From: Eledone cirrhosa
Lineage: Eukaryota
Reading direction: 5' to 3'
Length of the DNA: 64,000 bases
Assembly (NCBI GenBank): GCA_964016885.1
Contig: OZ024748.1
Location: forward strand, 39,246,001-39,310,000
Below are positions 26,999 through 43,090 of the stretch, piece after piece. The notes below the pieces were generated by a model, which was given only the letters and a program-made list of their open reading frames with translations, searched no databases and was not told the origin of the DNA. The translations under genes were made by a program, and so were the position numbers. Position 1 is the first letter of the stretch, and each line of letters starts with the position of its first letter.

Positions 26999-29900
26999 AT
27001 GAAAGACACATTCTATGTCATTAATCCTTTCATTACCATATTTCTAATGGAAGTCACTGTCTATGTCATTAACCCTTTCATTACCATATTTCTAATGAAA
27101 GTCACTGTCTATGTCATTAACCCTTTCATTACCATATTTCTAATGAAAGACAATGTCTATTTCATTAACCCTTTCATTACCATATTTTTAATGAAAGACA
27201 CTGTCTATGTCATTAACCCTTTCATTACCATATTTCTAATGAAAGACACTGTCTATGTCATTAACCCTTTCATTACCATATTTCTAATGAAAGTCACTGT
27301 CTATGACATTAACCCTTTCATTACCATATTTCTAATGAAAGTCACTGTCTATTTCATTAACCCTTTCATTACCATATTTCTAATGAAAGACACTGTCTAT
27401 GTCATTAACCCTTTCATTACCATATTTCTAATGAAAGACACTGTCTATGTCATTAACCCTTTCATTACCATATTTCTAATAAAAGTCACTGTCTATGTCA
27501 TTAACCCTTTCATTACCATATTTCTAATGAAAGTCACTGTCTATGTCATTAACCCTTTCATTACCATATTTCTAATGAAAGACACATTCTATGTCATTAA
27601 TCATTTCATTACCATATTTCTAATGGAAGTCACTGTCTATGTCATTAACCCTTTCATTACCATATTTCTAATGAAAGTCACTGTCTATTTCATTAACCCT
27701 TTCATTACCATATTTCTAATGAAAGACACTGTCTATGTCATTAACCCTTTCATTACCATATTTCTAATGAAAGTCACTGTCTATGTCATTAACCCTTTCA
27801 TTACCATATTTCTAATGAAAGACACTGTCTATGTCATTAACCCTTTCATTACCATATTTCTAATAAAAGTCACTGTCTATGTCATTAACCCTTTCATTAC
27901 CATATTTCTAATGAAAGTCACTGTCTATGTCATTAACCCTTTCATTACCATATTTCTAATGAAAGACACATTCTATGTCATTAATCCTTTCATTACTATA
28001 TTTCTAATGGAAGTCACTGTCTATGTCATTAACCCTTTCATTACCATATTTCTAATGAAAGTCACTGTCTATGTCATTAACCCTTTCATTACCATATTTC
28101 TAATGAAAGACACAGTCTATGTCATTAATCCTTTCATTACCATATTTCTAATGAAAGTCACTGTCTATGTCATTAACCCTTTCATTACCATATTTCTAAT
28201 GAAAGACACTATCTATGTGATTAACCCTGTCATTACCATATTTTTAATGAAAGTTACTGTCTATGTCAGTAAACCTGTCATTACCATATTTCTAATGAAA
28301 GTCACTGTCTATGTCATTAACCCTTTCATTACCATATTTCTAATGAAAGACACTGTCTATTTCATTAACCCCTTCATTACAATATTTCTAATAAAAGACA
28401 CTGTCTATGTCATTAACCCTTTCATTACCATATTTCTAATGAAAGACACTGTCTATGTCATTAACCCTTTCATTACCATATTTCTAATGAAAGTCACTGT
28501 CTATGTCATTAACCCTTTCATTACCATATTTCTAATGAAAGACACTGTCTATGTCATTAACCCTTTCATTACCATATTTCTAATGAAAGTCACTGTCTAT
28601 GTCATTAACCCTTTCATTACCATATTTCTAATGAAAGTCATTGTCTATGTTATTAACCCTTTCATTACCATATTTCTAAAGATAGTCACTGTCTATTTCA
28701 TTAACCCTTTCATTACCATATTTCTAATGAAAGACACTGTCTATGTCATTAACCCTTTCATTACCATATTTCTAATGAAAGACACTGTCTATGTCATTAA
28801 CCCTTTCATTACCATATTTCTAATAAAAGTCACTGTCTATGTCATTAACCCTTTCATTACCATATTTCTAATGAAAGTCACTGTCTATTGTCATTAACCC
28901 TTTCATTACCATATTTCTAATGAAAGACACATTCTATGTCATTAATCCTTTCATTACCATATTTCTAATGGAAGTCACTGTCTATGTCATTAACCCTTTC
29001 ATTACCATATTTCTAATGAAAGTCACTGTCTATGTCATTAACCCTTTCATTACCATATTTCTAATGAAAGTCACTGTCTATGTCATTAACCCTTTCATTA
29101 CCATATGTCTAATGAAAGACACAGTCTATGTCATTAATCCTTTCATTACCATATTTCTAATGAAAGTCACTGTCTATGTCATTACCCCTTTCATTACCAT
29201 ATTTCTAATAAAAGTCACTGTCTATGTCATTAACCCTTTCATTACCATATTTCTAATGAAAGTCACTGTCTATGTCATTAACCCTTTCATTACCATATTT
29301 CTAATGAAAGACACATTCTATGTCATTAATCCTTTCATTACCATATTTCTAATGGAAGTCACTGTCTATGTCATTAACCCTTTCATTACCATATTTCTAA
29401 TGAAAGTCACTGTCTATGTCATTAACCCTTTCATTACCATATTTCTAATGAAAGACACTGTCTATGTGATTAAACCTGTCATTACCATATTTCTAATGAA
29501 AGTTACTGTCTATGTCAGTAACCCTGTCATTACCATATTTCTAATGAAAGACACTATCTATGTGATTAACCCTGTCATTACCATATTTTTAATGAAAGAC
29601 ACTGTCTATTTCATTAACCCCTTCATTACAATATTTCTAATGAAAGACACTGTCTATGTCATTAACCCTTTCATTACCATATTTCTAATGAAAGACACTG
29701 TCTATGTCATTAACCCTTTCATTACCATATTTCTAATGAAAGTCACTGTCTATGTCATTAACCCTTTCATTACCATATTTCTAATGAAAGACACTGTCTA
29801 TGTCATTAACCCTTTCATTGCCATATTTCTAATGAAAGTCACTGTCTATGTCATTAACCCTTTCATTACCATATTTCTAATGAAAATCATTGTCTATGTC

Positions 29901-32900
29901 ATTAACTCTTTCATTACCATATTTCTAATGAAAGTCACTGTCTATTTCATTAACCCTTTCATTACCATATTTCTAATGAAAGACACTGTCTATGTCATTA
30001 ACCCTTTCATTACCATATTTCTAATGAAAGACACTGTCTATGTCATTAACCCTTTCATTACCATATTTCTAATAAAAGTCACTGTCTATGTCATTAACCC
30101 TTTCATTACCATATTTCTAATGAAAGTCACTGTCTATTGTCATTAACTCTTTCATTACCATATTTCTAATGAAAGACACATTCTATGTCATTAATCCTTT
30201 CATTACCATATTTCTAATGGAAGTCACTGTCTATGTCATTAACCCTTTCATTACCATATTTCTAATGAAAGTCACTGTCTATGTCATTAACCCTTTCATT
30301 ACCATATTTCTAATGAAAGTCACTGTCTATGTCATTAACCCTTTCATTACCATATGTCTAATGAAAGACACAGTCTATGTCATTAATCCTTTCATTACCA
30401 TATTTCTAATGAAAGTCACTGTCTATGTCATTACCCCTTTCATTACCATATTTCTAATAAAAGTCACTGTCTATGTCATTAATCCTTTCATTACCATATT
30501 TCTAATGAAAGTCACTGTCTATGTCATTAACCCTTTCATTACCATATTTCTAATGAAAGACACATTCTATGTCATTAATCCTTTCATTACCATATTTCTA
30601 ATGAAAGACACTGTCTATGTCATTAACCCTTTCATTACCATATTTCTAATAAAAGTCACTGTCTATGTCATTAACCCTTTCATTACCATATTTCTAATGA
30701 AAGTCACTGTCTATGTCATTAACCCTTTCATTACCATATTTCTAATGAAAGACACATTCTATGTCATTAATCATTTCATTACCATATTTCTAATGGAAGT
30801 CACTGTCTATGTCATTAACCCTTTCATTACCATATTTCTAATGAAAGTCACTGTCTATGTCATTAACCCTTTCATTACCATATTTCTAATGAAAGACACT
30901 GTCTATGTGATTAAACCTGTCATTACCATATTTCTAATGAAAGTTACTGTCTATGTCAGTAAACCTGTCATTACCATATTTCTAATGAAAGTCACTGTCT
31001 ATGTCATTAACCCTTTCATTACCATATTTCTAATGAAAGACACTGTCTATTTCATTAACCCCTTCATTACAATATTTCTAATGAAAGACACTGTCTATGT
31101 CATTAACCCTTTCATTACCATATTTCTAATGAAAGTCACTGTCTATGTCATTAACCCTTTCATTACCATATTTCTAATGAAAGACACTGTCTATGCAATT
31201 AACCCTTTCATTACCATATTTCTAATGAAAGTCACTGTCTATGTCATTAACCCTTTCATTACCATATTTCTAATGAAAGTCACTGTCTATGTCATTAACC
31301 CTTTCATTACCATATTTCTAATGAAAGTCACTGTCTATTTCATTAACCCTTTCATTACCATATTTCTAATGAAAGACACTGTCTATGTGATTAACCCTTT
31401 CATTACCATATTTCTAATGAAAGTCACTGTCTATGTCATTAACCCTTTCATTACCATATTTCTAATGAAAGTCACTGTCTATGTCATTAACCCTTTCATT
31501 ACCATATTTCTAATGAAAGTCACTGTCTATGTCATTAACCCTTTCATTACCATATTTCTAATGAAAGACACTGTCTATGTCATTAACCCTTTCATTACCA
31601 TATTTCTAATGAAAGACACTGTCTATGTCATTAACCCTTTCATTACCATATTTCTAATAAAAGTCACTGTCTATGTCATTAACCCTTTCATTACCATATT
31701 TCTAATGAAAGTCACTGTCTATGTCATTAACCCTTTCATTACCATATTTCTAATGAAAGACACATTCTATGTCATTAATCATTTCATTACCATATTTCTA
31801 ATGGAAGTCACTGTCTATGTCATTAACCCTTTCATTACCATATTTCTAATGAAAGTCACTGTCTATGTCATTAACCCTTTCATTACCATATTTCTAATGA
31901 AAGACACTGTCTATGTGATTAAACCTGTCATTACCATATTTCTAATGAAAGTTACTGTCTATGTCAGTAAACCTGTCATTACCATATTTCTAATGAAAGT
32001 CACTGTCTATGTCATTAACCCTTTCATTACCATATTTCTAATGAAAGACACTGTCTATTTCATTAACCCCTTCATTACAATATTTCTAATGAAAGACACT
32101 GTCTATGTCATTAACCCTTTCATTACCATATTTCTAATGAAAGACACTGTCTATGTCATTAACCCTTTCATTACCATATTTCTAATGAAAGTCACTGTCT
32201 ATGTCATTAACCCTTTCATTACAATATTTCTAATGAAAGACACTGTCTATGTCATTAACCCTTTCATTACCATATTTCTAATGAAAGTCACTGTCTATGT
32301 CATTAACCCTTTCATTACCATATTTCTAATGAAAGTCATTGTGTATGTCATTAACTCTTTCATTACCATATTTCTAATGAAAGTCACTGTCTATTTCATT
32401 AACCCTTTCATTACCATATTTCTAATGAAAGACACTGTCTATGTCATTAACCCTTTCATTACCATATTTCTAATGAAAGACACTGTCTATGTCATTAACC
32501 CTTTCATTACCATATTTCTAATAAAAGTCACTGTCTATGTCATTAACCCTTTCATTACCATATTTCTAATGAAAGTCACTGTCTATTGTCATTAACCCTT
32601 TCATTACCATATTTCTAATGAAAGACACATTCTATGTCATTAATCCTTTCATTACCATATTTCTAATGGAAGTCACTGTCTATGTCATTAACCCTTTCAT
32701 TACCATATTTCTAATGAAAGTCACTGTCTATGTCATTAACCCTTTCATTACCATATTTCTAATGAAAGTCACTGTCTATGTCATTAACCCTTTCATTACC
32801 ATATGTCTAATGAAAGACACAGTCTATGTCATTAATCCTTTCATTACCATATTTCTAATGAAAGTCACTGACTATGTCATTACCCCTTTCATTACCATAT

Positions 32901-35900
32901 TTCTAATAAAAGTCACTGTCTATGTCATTAATCCTTTCATTACCATATTTCTAATGGAAGTCACTGTCTATGTCATTAACCCTTTCATTACCATATTTCT
33001 AATGAAAGTCACTGTCTATGTCATTAACCCTTTCATTACCATATTTCTAATGAAAGACAATGTCTATTTCATTAACCCTTTCATTACCATATTTTTAATG
33101 AAAGACACTGTCTATGTCATTAACCCTTTCATTACCATATTTCTAATGAAAGACACTGTCTATGTCATTAACCCTTTCATTACCATATTTCTAATGAAAG
33201 TCACTGTCTATGTCATTAACCCTTTCATTACCATATTTCTAATGAAAGTCACTGTCTATTTCATTAACCCTTTCATTACCATATTTCTAATGAAAGACAC
33301 TGTCTATGTCATTAACCCTTTCATTACCATATTTCTAATGAAAGACACTGTCTATGTCATTAACCCTTTCATTACCATATTTCTAATAAAAGTCACTGTC
33401 TATGTCATTAACCCTTTCATTACCATATTTCTAATGAAAGTCACTGTCTATGTCATTAACCCTTTCATTACCATATTTCTAATGAAAGACACATTCTATG
33501 TCATTAATCATTTCATTACCATATTTCTAATGGAAGTCACTGTCTATGTCATTAACCCTTTCATTACCATATTTCTAATGAAAGTCACTGTCTATTTCAT
33601 TAACCCTTTCATTACCATATTTCTAATGAAAGACACTGTCTATGTCATTAACCCTTTCATTACCATATTTCTAATGAAAGTCACTGTCTATGTCATTAAC
33701 CCTTTCATTACCATATTTCTAATGAAAGACACTGTCTATGTCATTAACCCTTTCATTACCATATTTCTAATAAAAGTCACTGTCTATGTCATTAACCCTT
33801 TCATTACCATATTTCTAATGAAAGTCACTGTCTATGTCATTAACCCTTTCATTACCATATTTCTAATGAAAGACACATTCTATGTCATTAATCCTTTCAT
33901 TACTATATTTCTAATGGAAGTCACTGTCTATGTCATTAACCCTTTCATTACCATATTTCTAATGAAAGTCACTGTCTATGTCATTAACCCTTTCATTACC
34001 ATATTTCTAATGAAAGTCACTGTCTATGTCATTAACCCTTTCATTACCATATTTCTAATGAAAGACACAGTCTATGTCATTAATCCTTTCATTACCATAT
34101 TTCTAATGAAAGTCACTGTCTATGTCATTAACCCTTTCATTACCATATTTCTAATGAAAGACACTATCTATGTGATTAACCCTGTCATTACCATATTTTT
34201 AATGAAAGTTACTGTCTATGTCAGTAAACCTGTCATTACCATATTTCTAATGAAAGTCACTGTCTATGTCATTAACCCTTTCATTACCATATTTCTAATG
34301 AAAGACACTGTCTATTTCATTAACCCCTTCATTACAATATTTCTAATAAAAGACACTGTCTATGTCATTAACCCTTTCATTACCATATTTCTAATGAAAG
34401 ACACTGTCTATGTCATTAACCCTTTCATTACCATATTTCTAATGAAAGTCACTGTCTATGTCATTAACCCTTTCATTACCATATTTCTAATGAAAGACAC
34501 TGTCTATGTCATTAACCCTTTCATTACCATATTTCTAATGAAAGTCACTGTCTATGTCATTAACCCTTTCATTACCATATTTCTAATGAAAGTCATTGTC
34601 TATGTTATTAACCCTTTCATTACCATATTTCTAATGATAGTCACTGTCTATTTCATTAACCCTTTCATTACCATATTTCTAATGAAAGACACTGTCTATG
34701 TCATTAACCCTTTCATTACCATATTTCTAATGAAAGACACTGTCTATGTCATTAACCCTTTCATTACCATATTTCTAATAAAAGTCACTGTCTATGTCAT
34801 TAACCCTTTCATTACCATATTTCTAATGAAAGTCACTGTCTATTGTCATTAACCCTTTCATTACCATATTTCTAATGAAAGACACATTCTATGTCATTAA
34901 TCCTTTCATTACCATATTTCTAATGGAAGTCACTGTCTATGTCATTAACCCTTTCATTACCATATTTCTAATGAAAGTCACTGTCTATGTCATTAACCCT
35001 TTCATTACCATATTTCTAATGAAAGTCACTGTCTATGTCATTAACCCTTTCATTACCATATGTCTAATGAAAGACACAGTCTATGTCATTAATCCTTTCA
35101 TTACCATATTTCTAATGAAAGTCACTGTCTATGTCATTACCCCTTTCATTACCATATTTCTAATAAAAGTCACTGTCTATGTCATTAACCCTTTCATTAC
35201 CATATTTCTAATGAAAGTCACTGTCTATGTCATTAACCCTTTCATTACCATATTTCTAATGAAAGACACATTCTATGTCATTAATCCTTTCATTACCATA
35301 TTTCTAATGGAAGTCACTGTCTATGTCATTAACCCTTTCATTACCATATTTCTAATGAAAGTCACTGTCTATGTCATTAACCCTTTCATTACCATATTTC
35401 TAATGAAAGACACTGTCTATGTGATTAAACCTGTCATTACCATATTTCTAATGAAAGTTACTGTCTATGTCAGTAACCCTGTCATTACCATATTTCTAAT
35501 GAAAGACACTATCTATGTGATTAACCCTGTCATTACCATATTTTTAATGAAAATTACTGTCTATGTCAGTAAACCTGTCATTTCCATATTTCTAATGAAA
35601 GTCACTGTCTATGTCATTAACCCTTTCATTACCATATTTCTAATGAAAGACACTGTCTATTTCATTAACCCCTTCATTACAATATTTCTAATGAAAGACA
35701 CTGTCTATGTCATTAACCCTTTCATTACCATATTTCTAATGAAAGACACTGTCTATGTCATTAACCCTTTCATTACCATATTTCTAATGAAAGTCACTGT
35801 CTATGTCATTAACCCTTTCATTACCATATTTCTAATGAAAGACACTGTCTATGTCATTAACCCTTTCATTGCCATATTTCTAATGAAAGTCACTGTCTAT

Positions 35901-38900
35901 GTCATTAACCCTTTCATTACCATATTTCTAATGAAAGTCATTGTCTATGTATTTAACTCTTTCATTACCATATTTCTAATGAAAGTCACTGTCTATTTCA
36001 TTAACCCTTTCATTACCATATTTCTAATGAAAGACACTGTCTATGTCATTAACCCTTTCATTACCATATTTCTAATGAAAGACACTGTCTATGTCATTAA
36101 CCCTTTCATTACCATATTTCTAATGAAAGTCACTGTCTATTGTCATTAACTCTTTCATTACCATATTTCTAATGAAAGACACATTCTATGTCATTAATCC
36201 TTTCATTACCATATTTCTAATGGAAGTCACTGTCTATGTCATTAACCCTTTCATTACCATATTTCTAATGAAAGTCACTGTCTATGTCATTAACCCTTTC
36301 ATTACCATATTTCTAATGAAAGTCACTGTCTATGTCATTAACCCTTTCATTACCATATGTCTAATGAAAGACACAGTCTATGTCATTAATCCTTTCATTA
36401 CCATATTTCTAATGAAAGTCACTGTCTATGTCATTACCCCTTTCATTACCATATTTCTAATAAAAGTCACTGTCTATGTCATTAATCCTTTCATTACCAT
36501 ATTTCTAATGAAAGTCACTGTCTATGTCATTAACCCTTTCATTACCATATTTCTAATGAAAGACACATTCTATGTCATTAATCCTTTCATTACCATATTT
36601 CTAATGAAAGACACTGTCTATGTCATTAACCCTTTCATTACCATATTTCTAATAAAAGTCACTGTCTATGTCATTAACCCTTTCATTACCATATTTCTAA
36701 TGAAAGTCACTGTCTATGTCATTAACCCTTTCATTACCATATTTCTAATGAAAGACACATTCTATGTCATTAATCATTTCATTACCATATTTCTAATGGA
36801 AGTCACTGTCTATGTCATTAACCCTTTCATTACCATATTTCTAATGAAAGTCACTGTCTATGTCATTAACCCTTTCATTACCATATTTCTAATGAAAGAC
36901 ACTGTCTATGTGATTAAACCTGTCATTACCATATTTCTAATGAAAGTTACTGTCTATGTCAGTAAACCTGTCATTACCATATTTCTAATGAAAGTCACTG
37001 TCTATGTCATTAACCCTTTCATTACCATATTTCTAATGAAAGACACTGTCTATTTCATTTACCCCTTCATTACAATATTTCTAATGAAAGACACTGTCTA
37101 TGTCATTAACCCTTTCATTACCATATTTCTAATGAAAGTCACTGTCTATGTCATTAACCCTTTCATTACCATATTTCTAATGAAAGTCACTGTCTATGTC
37201 ATTAACCCTTTCATTACCATATTTCTAATGAAAGTCACTGTCTATTTCATTAACCCTTTCATTACCATATTTCTAATGAAAGACACTGTCTATGTGATTA
37301 ACCCTTTCATTACCATATTTCTAATGAAAGTCACTGTCTATGTCATTAACCCTTTCATTACCATATTTCTAATGAAAGTCACTGTCTATGTCATTAACCC
37401 TTTCATTACCATATTTCTAATGAAAGTCACTGTCTATGTCATTAACCCTTTCATTACCATATTTCTAATGAAAGACACTGTCTATGTCATTAACCCTTTC
37501 ATTACCATATTTCTAATGAAAGACACTGTCTATGTCATTAACCCTTTCATTACCATATTTCTAATAAAAGTCACTGTCTATGTCATTAACCCTTTCATTA
37601 CCATATTTCTAATGAAAGTCACTGTCTATGTCATTAACCCTTTCATTACCATATTTCTAATGAAAGACACATTCTATGTCATTAATCATTTCATTACCAT
37701 ATTTCTAATGGAAGTCACTGTCTATGTCATTAACCCTTTCATTACCATATTTCTAATGAAAGTCACTGTCTATGTCATTAACCCTTTCATTACCATATTT
37801 CTAATGAAAGACACTGTCTATGTGATTAAACCTGTCATTACCATATTTCTAATGAAAGTTACTGTCTATGTCAGTAAACCTGTCATTACCATATTTCTAA
37901 TGAAAGTCACTGTCTATGTCATTAACCCTTTCATTACCATATTTCTAATGAAAGACACTGTCTATTTCATTAACCCCTTCATTACAATATTTCTAATGAA
38001 AGACACTGTCTATGTCATTAACCCTTTCATTACCATATTTCTAATGAAAGACACTGTCTATGTCATTAACCCTTTCATTACCATATTTCTAATGAAAGTC
38101 ACTGTCTATGTCATTAACCCTTTCATTACAATATTTCTAATGAAAGACACTGTCTATGTCATTAACCCTTTCATTACCATATTTCTAATGAAAGTCACTG
38201 TCTATGTCATTAACCCTTTCATTACCATATTTCTAATGAAAGTCATTGTGTATGTCATTAACTCTTTCATTACCATATTTCTAATGAAAGTCACTGTCTA
38301 TTTCATTAACCCTTTCATTACCATATTTCTAATGAAAGACACTGTCTATGTCATTAACCCTTTCATTACCATATTTCTAATGAAAGACACTGTCTATGTC
38401 ATTAACCCTTTCATTACCATATTTCTAATAAAAGTCACTGTCTATGTCATTAACCCTTTCATTACCATATTTCTAATGAAAGTCACTGTCTATTGTCATT
38501 AACCCTTTCATTACCATATTTCTAATGAAAGACACATTCTATGTCATTAATCCTTTCATTACCATATTTCTAATGGAAGTCACTGTCTATGTCATTAACC
38601 CTTTCATTACCATATTTCTAATGAAAGTCACTGTCTATGTCATTAACCCTTTCATTACCATATTTCTAATGAAAGTCACTGTCTATGTCATTAACCCTTT
38701 CATTACCATATGTCTAATGAAAGACACAGTCTATGTCATTAATCCTTTCATTACCATATTTCTAATGAAAGTCACTGACTATGTCATTACCCCTTTCATT
38801 ACCATATTTCTAATAAAAGTCACTGTCTATGTCATTAATCCTTTCATTACCATATTTCTAATGGAAGTCACTGTCTATGTCATTAACCCTTTCATTACCA

Positions 38901-41900
38901 TATTTCTAATGAAAGTCACTGTCTATGTCATTAACCCTTTCATTACCATATTTCTAATGAAAGACAATGTCTATTTCATTAACCCTTTCATTACCATATT
39001 TTTAATGAAAGACACTGTCTATGTCATTAACCCTTTCATTACCATATTTCTAATGAAAGACACTGTCTATGTCATTAACCCTTTCATTACCATATTTCTA
39101 ATGAAAGTCACTGTCTATGTCATTAACCCTTTCATTACCATATTTCTAATGAAAGTCACTGTCTATTTCATTAACCCTTTCATTACCATATTTCTAATGA
39201 AAGACACTGTCTATGTCATTAACCCTTTCATTACCATATTTCTAATGAAAGACACTGTCTATGTCATTAACCCTTTCATTACCATATTTCTAATAAAAGT
39301 CACTGTCTATGTCATTAACCCTTTCATTACCATATTTCTAATGAAAGTCACTGTCTATGTCATTAACCCTTTCATTACCATATTTCTAATGAAAGACACA
39401 TTCTATGTCATTAATCATTTCATTACCATATTTCTAATGGAAGTCACTGTCTATGTCATTAACCCTTTCATTACCATATTTCTAATGAAAGTCACTGTCT
39501 ATTTCATTAACCCTTTCATTACCATATTTCTAATGAAAGACACTGTCTATGTCATTAACCCTTTCATTACCATATTTCTAATGAAAGTCACTGTCTATGT
39601 CATTAACCCTTTCATTACCATATTTCTAATGAAAGACACTGTCTATGTCATTAACCCTTTCATTACCATATTTCTAATAAAAGTCACTGTCTATGTCATT
39701 AACCCTTTCATTACCATATTTCTAATGAAAGTCACTGTCTATGTCATTAACCCTTTCATTACCATATTTCTAATGAAAGACACATTCTATGTCATTAATC
39801 CTTTCATTACTATATTTCTAATGGAAGTCACTGTCTATGTCATTAACCCTTTCATTACCATATTTCTAATGAAAGTCACTGTCTATGTCATTAACCCTTT
39901 CATTACCATATTTCTAATGAAAGTCACTGTCTATGTCATTAACCCTTTCATTACCATATTTCTAATGAAAGACACAGTCTATGTCATTAATCCTTTCATT
40001 ACCATATTTCTAATGAAAGTCACTGTCTATGTCATTAACCCTTTCATTACCATATTTCTAATGAAAGACACTATCTATGTGATTAACCCTGTCATTACCA
40101 TATTTTTAATGAAAGTTACTGTCTATGTCAGTAAACCTGTCATTACCATATTTCTAATGAAAGTCACTGTCTATGTCATTAACCCTTTCATTACCATATT
40201 TCTAATGAAAGACACTGTCTATTTCATTAACCCCTTCATTACAATATTTCTAATAAAAGACACTGTCTATGTCATTAACCCTTTCATTACCATATTTCTA
40301 ATGAAAGACACTGTCTATGTCATTAACCCTTTCATTACCATATTTCTAATGAAAGTCACTGTCTATGTCATTAACCCTTTCATTACCATATTTCTAATGA
40401 AAGACACTGTCTATGTCATTAACCCTTTCATTACCATATTTCTAATGAAAGTCACTGTCTATGTCATTAACCCTTTCATTACCATATTTCTAATGAAAGT
40501 CATTGTCTATGTTATTAACCCTTTCATTACCATATTTCTAATGATAGTCACTGTCTATTTCATTAACCCTTTCATTACCATATTTCTAATGAAAGACACT
40601 GTCTATGTCATTAACCCTTTCATTACCATATTTCTAATGAAAGACACTGTCTATGTCATTAACCCTTTCATTACCATATTTCTAATAAAAGTCACTGTCT
40701 ATGTCATTAACCCTTTCATTACCATATTTCTAATGAAAGTCACTGTCTATTGTCATTAACCCTTTCATTACCATATTTCTAATGAAAGACACATTCTATG
40801 TCATTAATCCTTTCATTACCATATTTCTAATGGAAGTCACTGTCTATGTCATTAACCATTTCATTACCATATTTCTAATGAAAGTCACTGTCTATGTCAT
40901 TAACCCTTTCATTACCATATTTCTAATGAAAGTCACTGTCTATGTCATTAACCCTTTCATTACCATATGTCTAATGAAAGACACAGTCTATGTCATTAAT
41001 CCTTTCATTACCATATTTCTAATGAAAGTCACTGTCTATGTCATTACCCCTTTCATTACCATATTTCTAATAAAAGTCACTGTCTATGTCATTAACCCTT
41101 TCATTACCATATTTCTAATGAAAGTCACTGTCTATGTCATTAACCCTTTCATTACCATATTTCTAATGAAAGACACATTCTATGTCATTAATCCTTTCAT
41201 TACCATATTTCTAATGGAAGTCACTGTCTATGTCATTAACCCTTTCATTACCATATTTCTAATGAAAGTCACTGTCTATGTCATTAACCCTTTCATTACC
41301 ATATTTCTAATGAAAGACACTGTCTATGTGATTAAACCTGTCATTACCATATTTCTAATGAAAGTTACTGTCTATGTCAGTAACCCTGTCATTACCATAT
41401 TTCTAATGAAAGACACTATCTATGTGATTAACCCTGTCATTACCATATTTTTAATGAAAATTACTGTCTATGTCAGTAAACCTGTCATTTCCATATTTCT
41501 AATGAAAGTCACTGTCTATGTCATTAACCCTTTCATTACCATATTTCTAATGAAAGACACTGTCTATTTCATTAACCCCTTCATTACAATATTTCTAATG
41601 AAAGACACTGTCTATGTCATTAACCCTTTCATTACCATATTTCTAATGAAAGACACTGTCTATGTCATTAACCCTTTCATTACCATATTTCTAATGAAAG
41701 TCACTGTCTATGTCATTAACCCTTTCATTACCATATTTCTAATGAAAGACACTGTCTATGTCATTAACCCTTTCATTGCCATATTTCTAATGAAAGTCAC
41801 TGTCTATGTCATTAACCCTTTCATTACCATATTTCTAATGAAAGTCATTGTCTATGTATTTAACTCTTTCATTACCATATTTCTAATGAAAGTCACTGTC

Positions 41901-43090
41901 TATTTCATTAACCCTTTCATTACCATATTTCTAATGAAAGACACTGTCTATGTCATTAACCCTTTCATTACCATATTTCTAATGAAAGACACTGTCTATG
42001 TCATTAACCCTTTCATTACCATATTTCTAATGAAAGTCACTGTCTATTGTCATTAACTCTTTCATTACCATATTTCTAATGAAAGACACATTCTATGTCA
42101 TTAATCCTTTCATTACCATATTTCTAATGGAAGTCACTGTCTATGTCATTAACCCTTTCATTACCATATTTCTAATGAAAGTCACTGTCTATGTCATTAA
42201 CCCTTTCATTACCATATTTCTAATGAAAGTCACTGTCTATGTCATTAACCCTTTCATTACCATATGTCTAATGAAAGACACAGTCTATGTCATTAATCCT
42301 TTCATTACCATATTTCTAATGAAAGTCACTGTCTATGTCATTACCCCTTTCATTACCATATTTCTAATAAAAGTCACTGTCTATGTCATTAATCCTTTCA
42401 TTACCATATTTCTAATGAAAGTCACTGTCTATGTCATTAACCCTTTCATTACCATATTTCTAATGAAAGACACATTCTATGTCATTAATCCTTTCATTAC
42501 CATATTTCTAATGAAAGACACTGTCTATGTCATTAACCCTTTCATTACCATATTTCTAATAAAAGTCACTGTCTATGTCATTAACCCTTTCATTACCATA
42601 TTTCTAATGAAATTCACTGTCTATGTCATTAACCCTTTCATTACCATATTTCTAATGAAAGACACATTCTATGTCATTAATCATTTCATTACCATATTTC
42701 TAATGGAAGTCACTGTCTATGTCATTAACCCTTTCATTACCATATTTCTAATGAAAGTCACTGTCTATGTCATTAACCCTTTCATTACCATATTTCTAAT
42801 GAAAGACACTGTCTATGTGATTAAACCTGTCATTACCATATTTCTAATGAAAGTTACTGTCTATGTCAGTAAACCTGTCATTACCATATTTCTAATGAAA
42901 GTCACTGTCTATGTCATTAACCCTTTCATTACCATATTTCTAATGAAAGACACTGTCTATTTCATTTACCCCTTCATTACAATATTTCTAATGAAAGACA
43001 CTGTCTATGTCATTAACCCTTTCATTACCATATTTCTAATGAAAGTCACTGTCTATGTCATTAACCCTTTCATTACCATATTTCTAATGA
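26999..43090. repeat. Higher-order repeat region with ~5.9-6.0 kb period (123-125 monomers), about 2.7 copies
   Basis: ORFs 32618..34852 and 38525..40759 (both 744 aa) and ORFs 34875..36149 and 40782..42056 (both 424 aa) are offset by 5,907 bp and nearly identical. The preceding copy aligns at offsets 5,955 (28920/34875) and 6,003 (30169/36172). Markers include GTTATT...GATAGTC (~28650-28685, ~34604-34640, ~40511-40547) and ATTGCCATA (~29817, ~35868, ~41775). Confidence 0.9.
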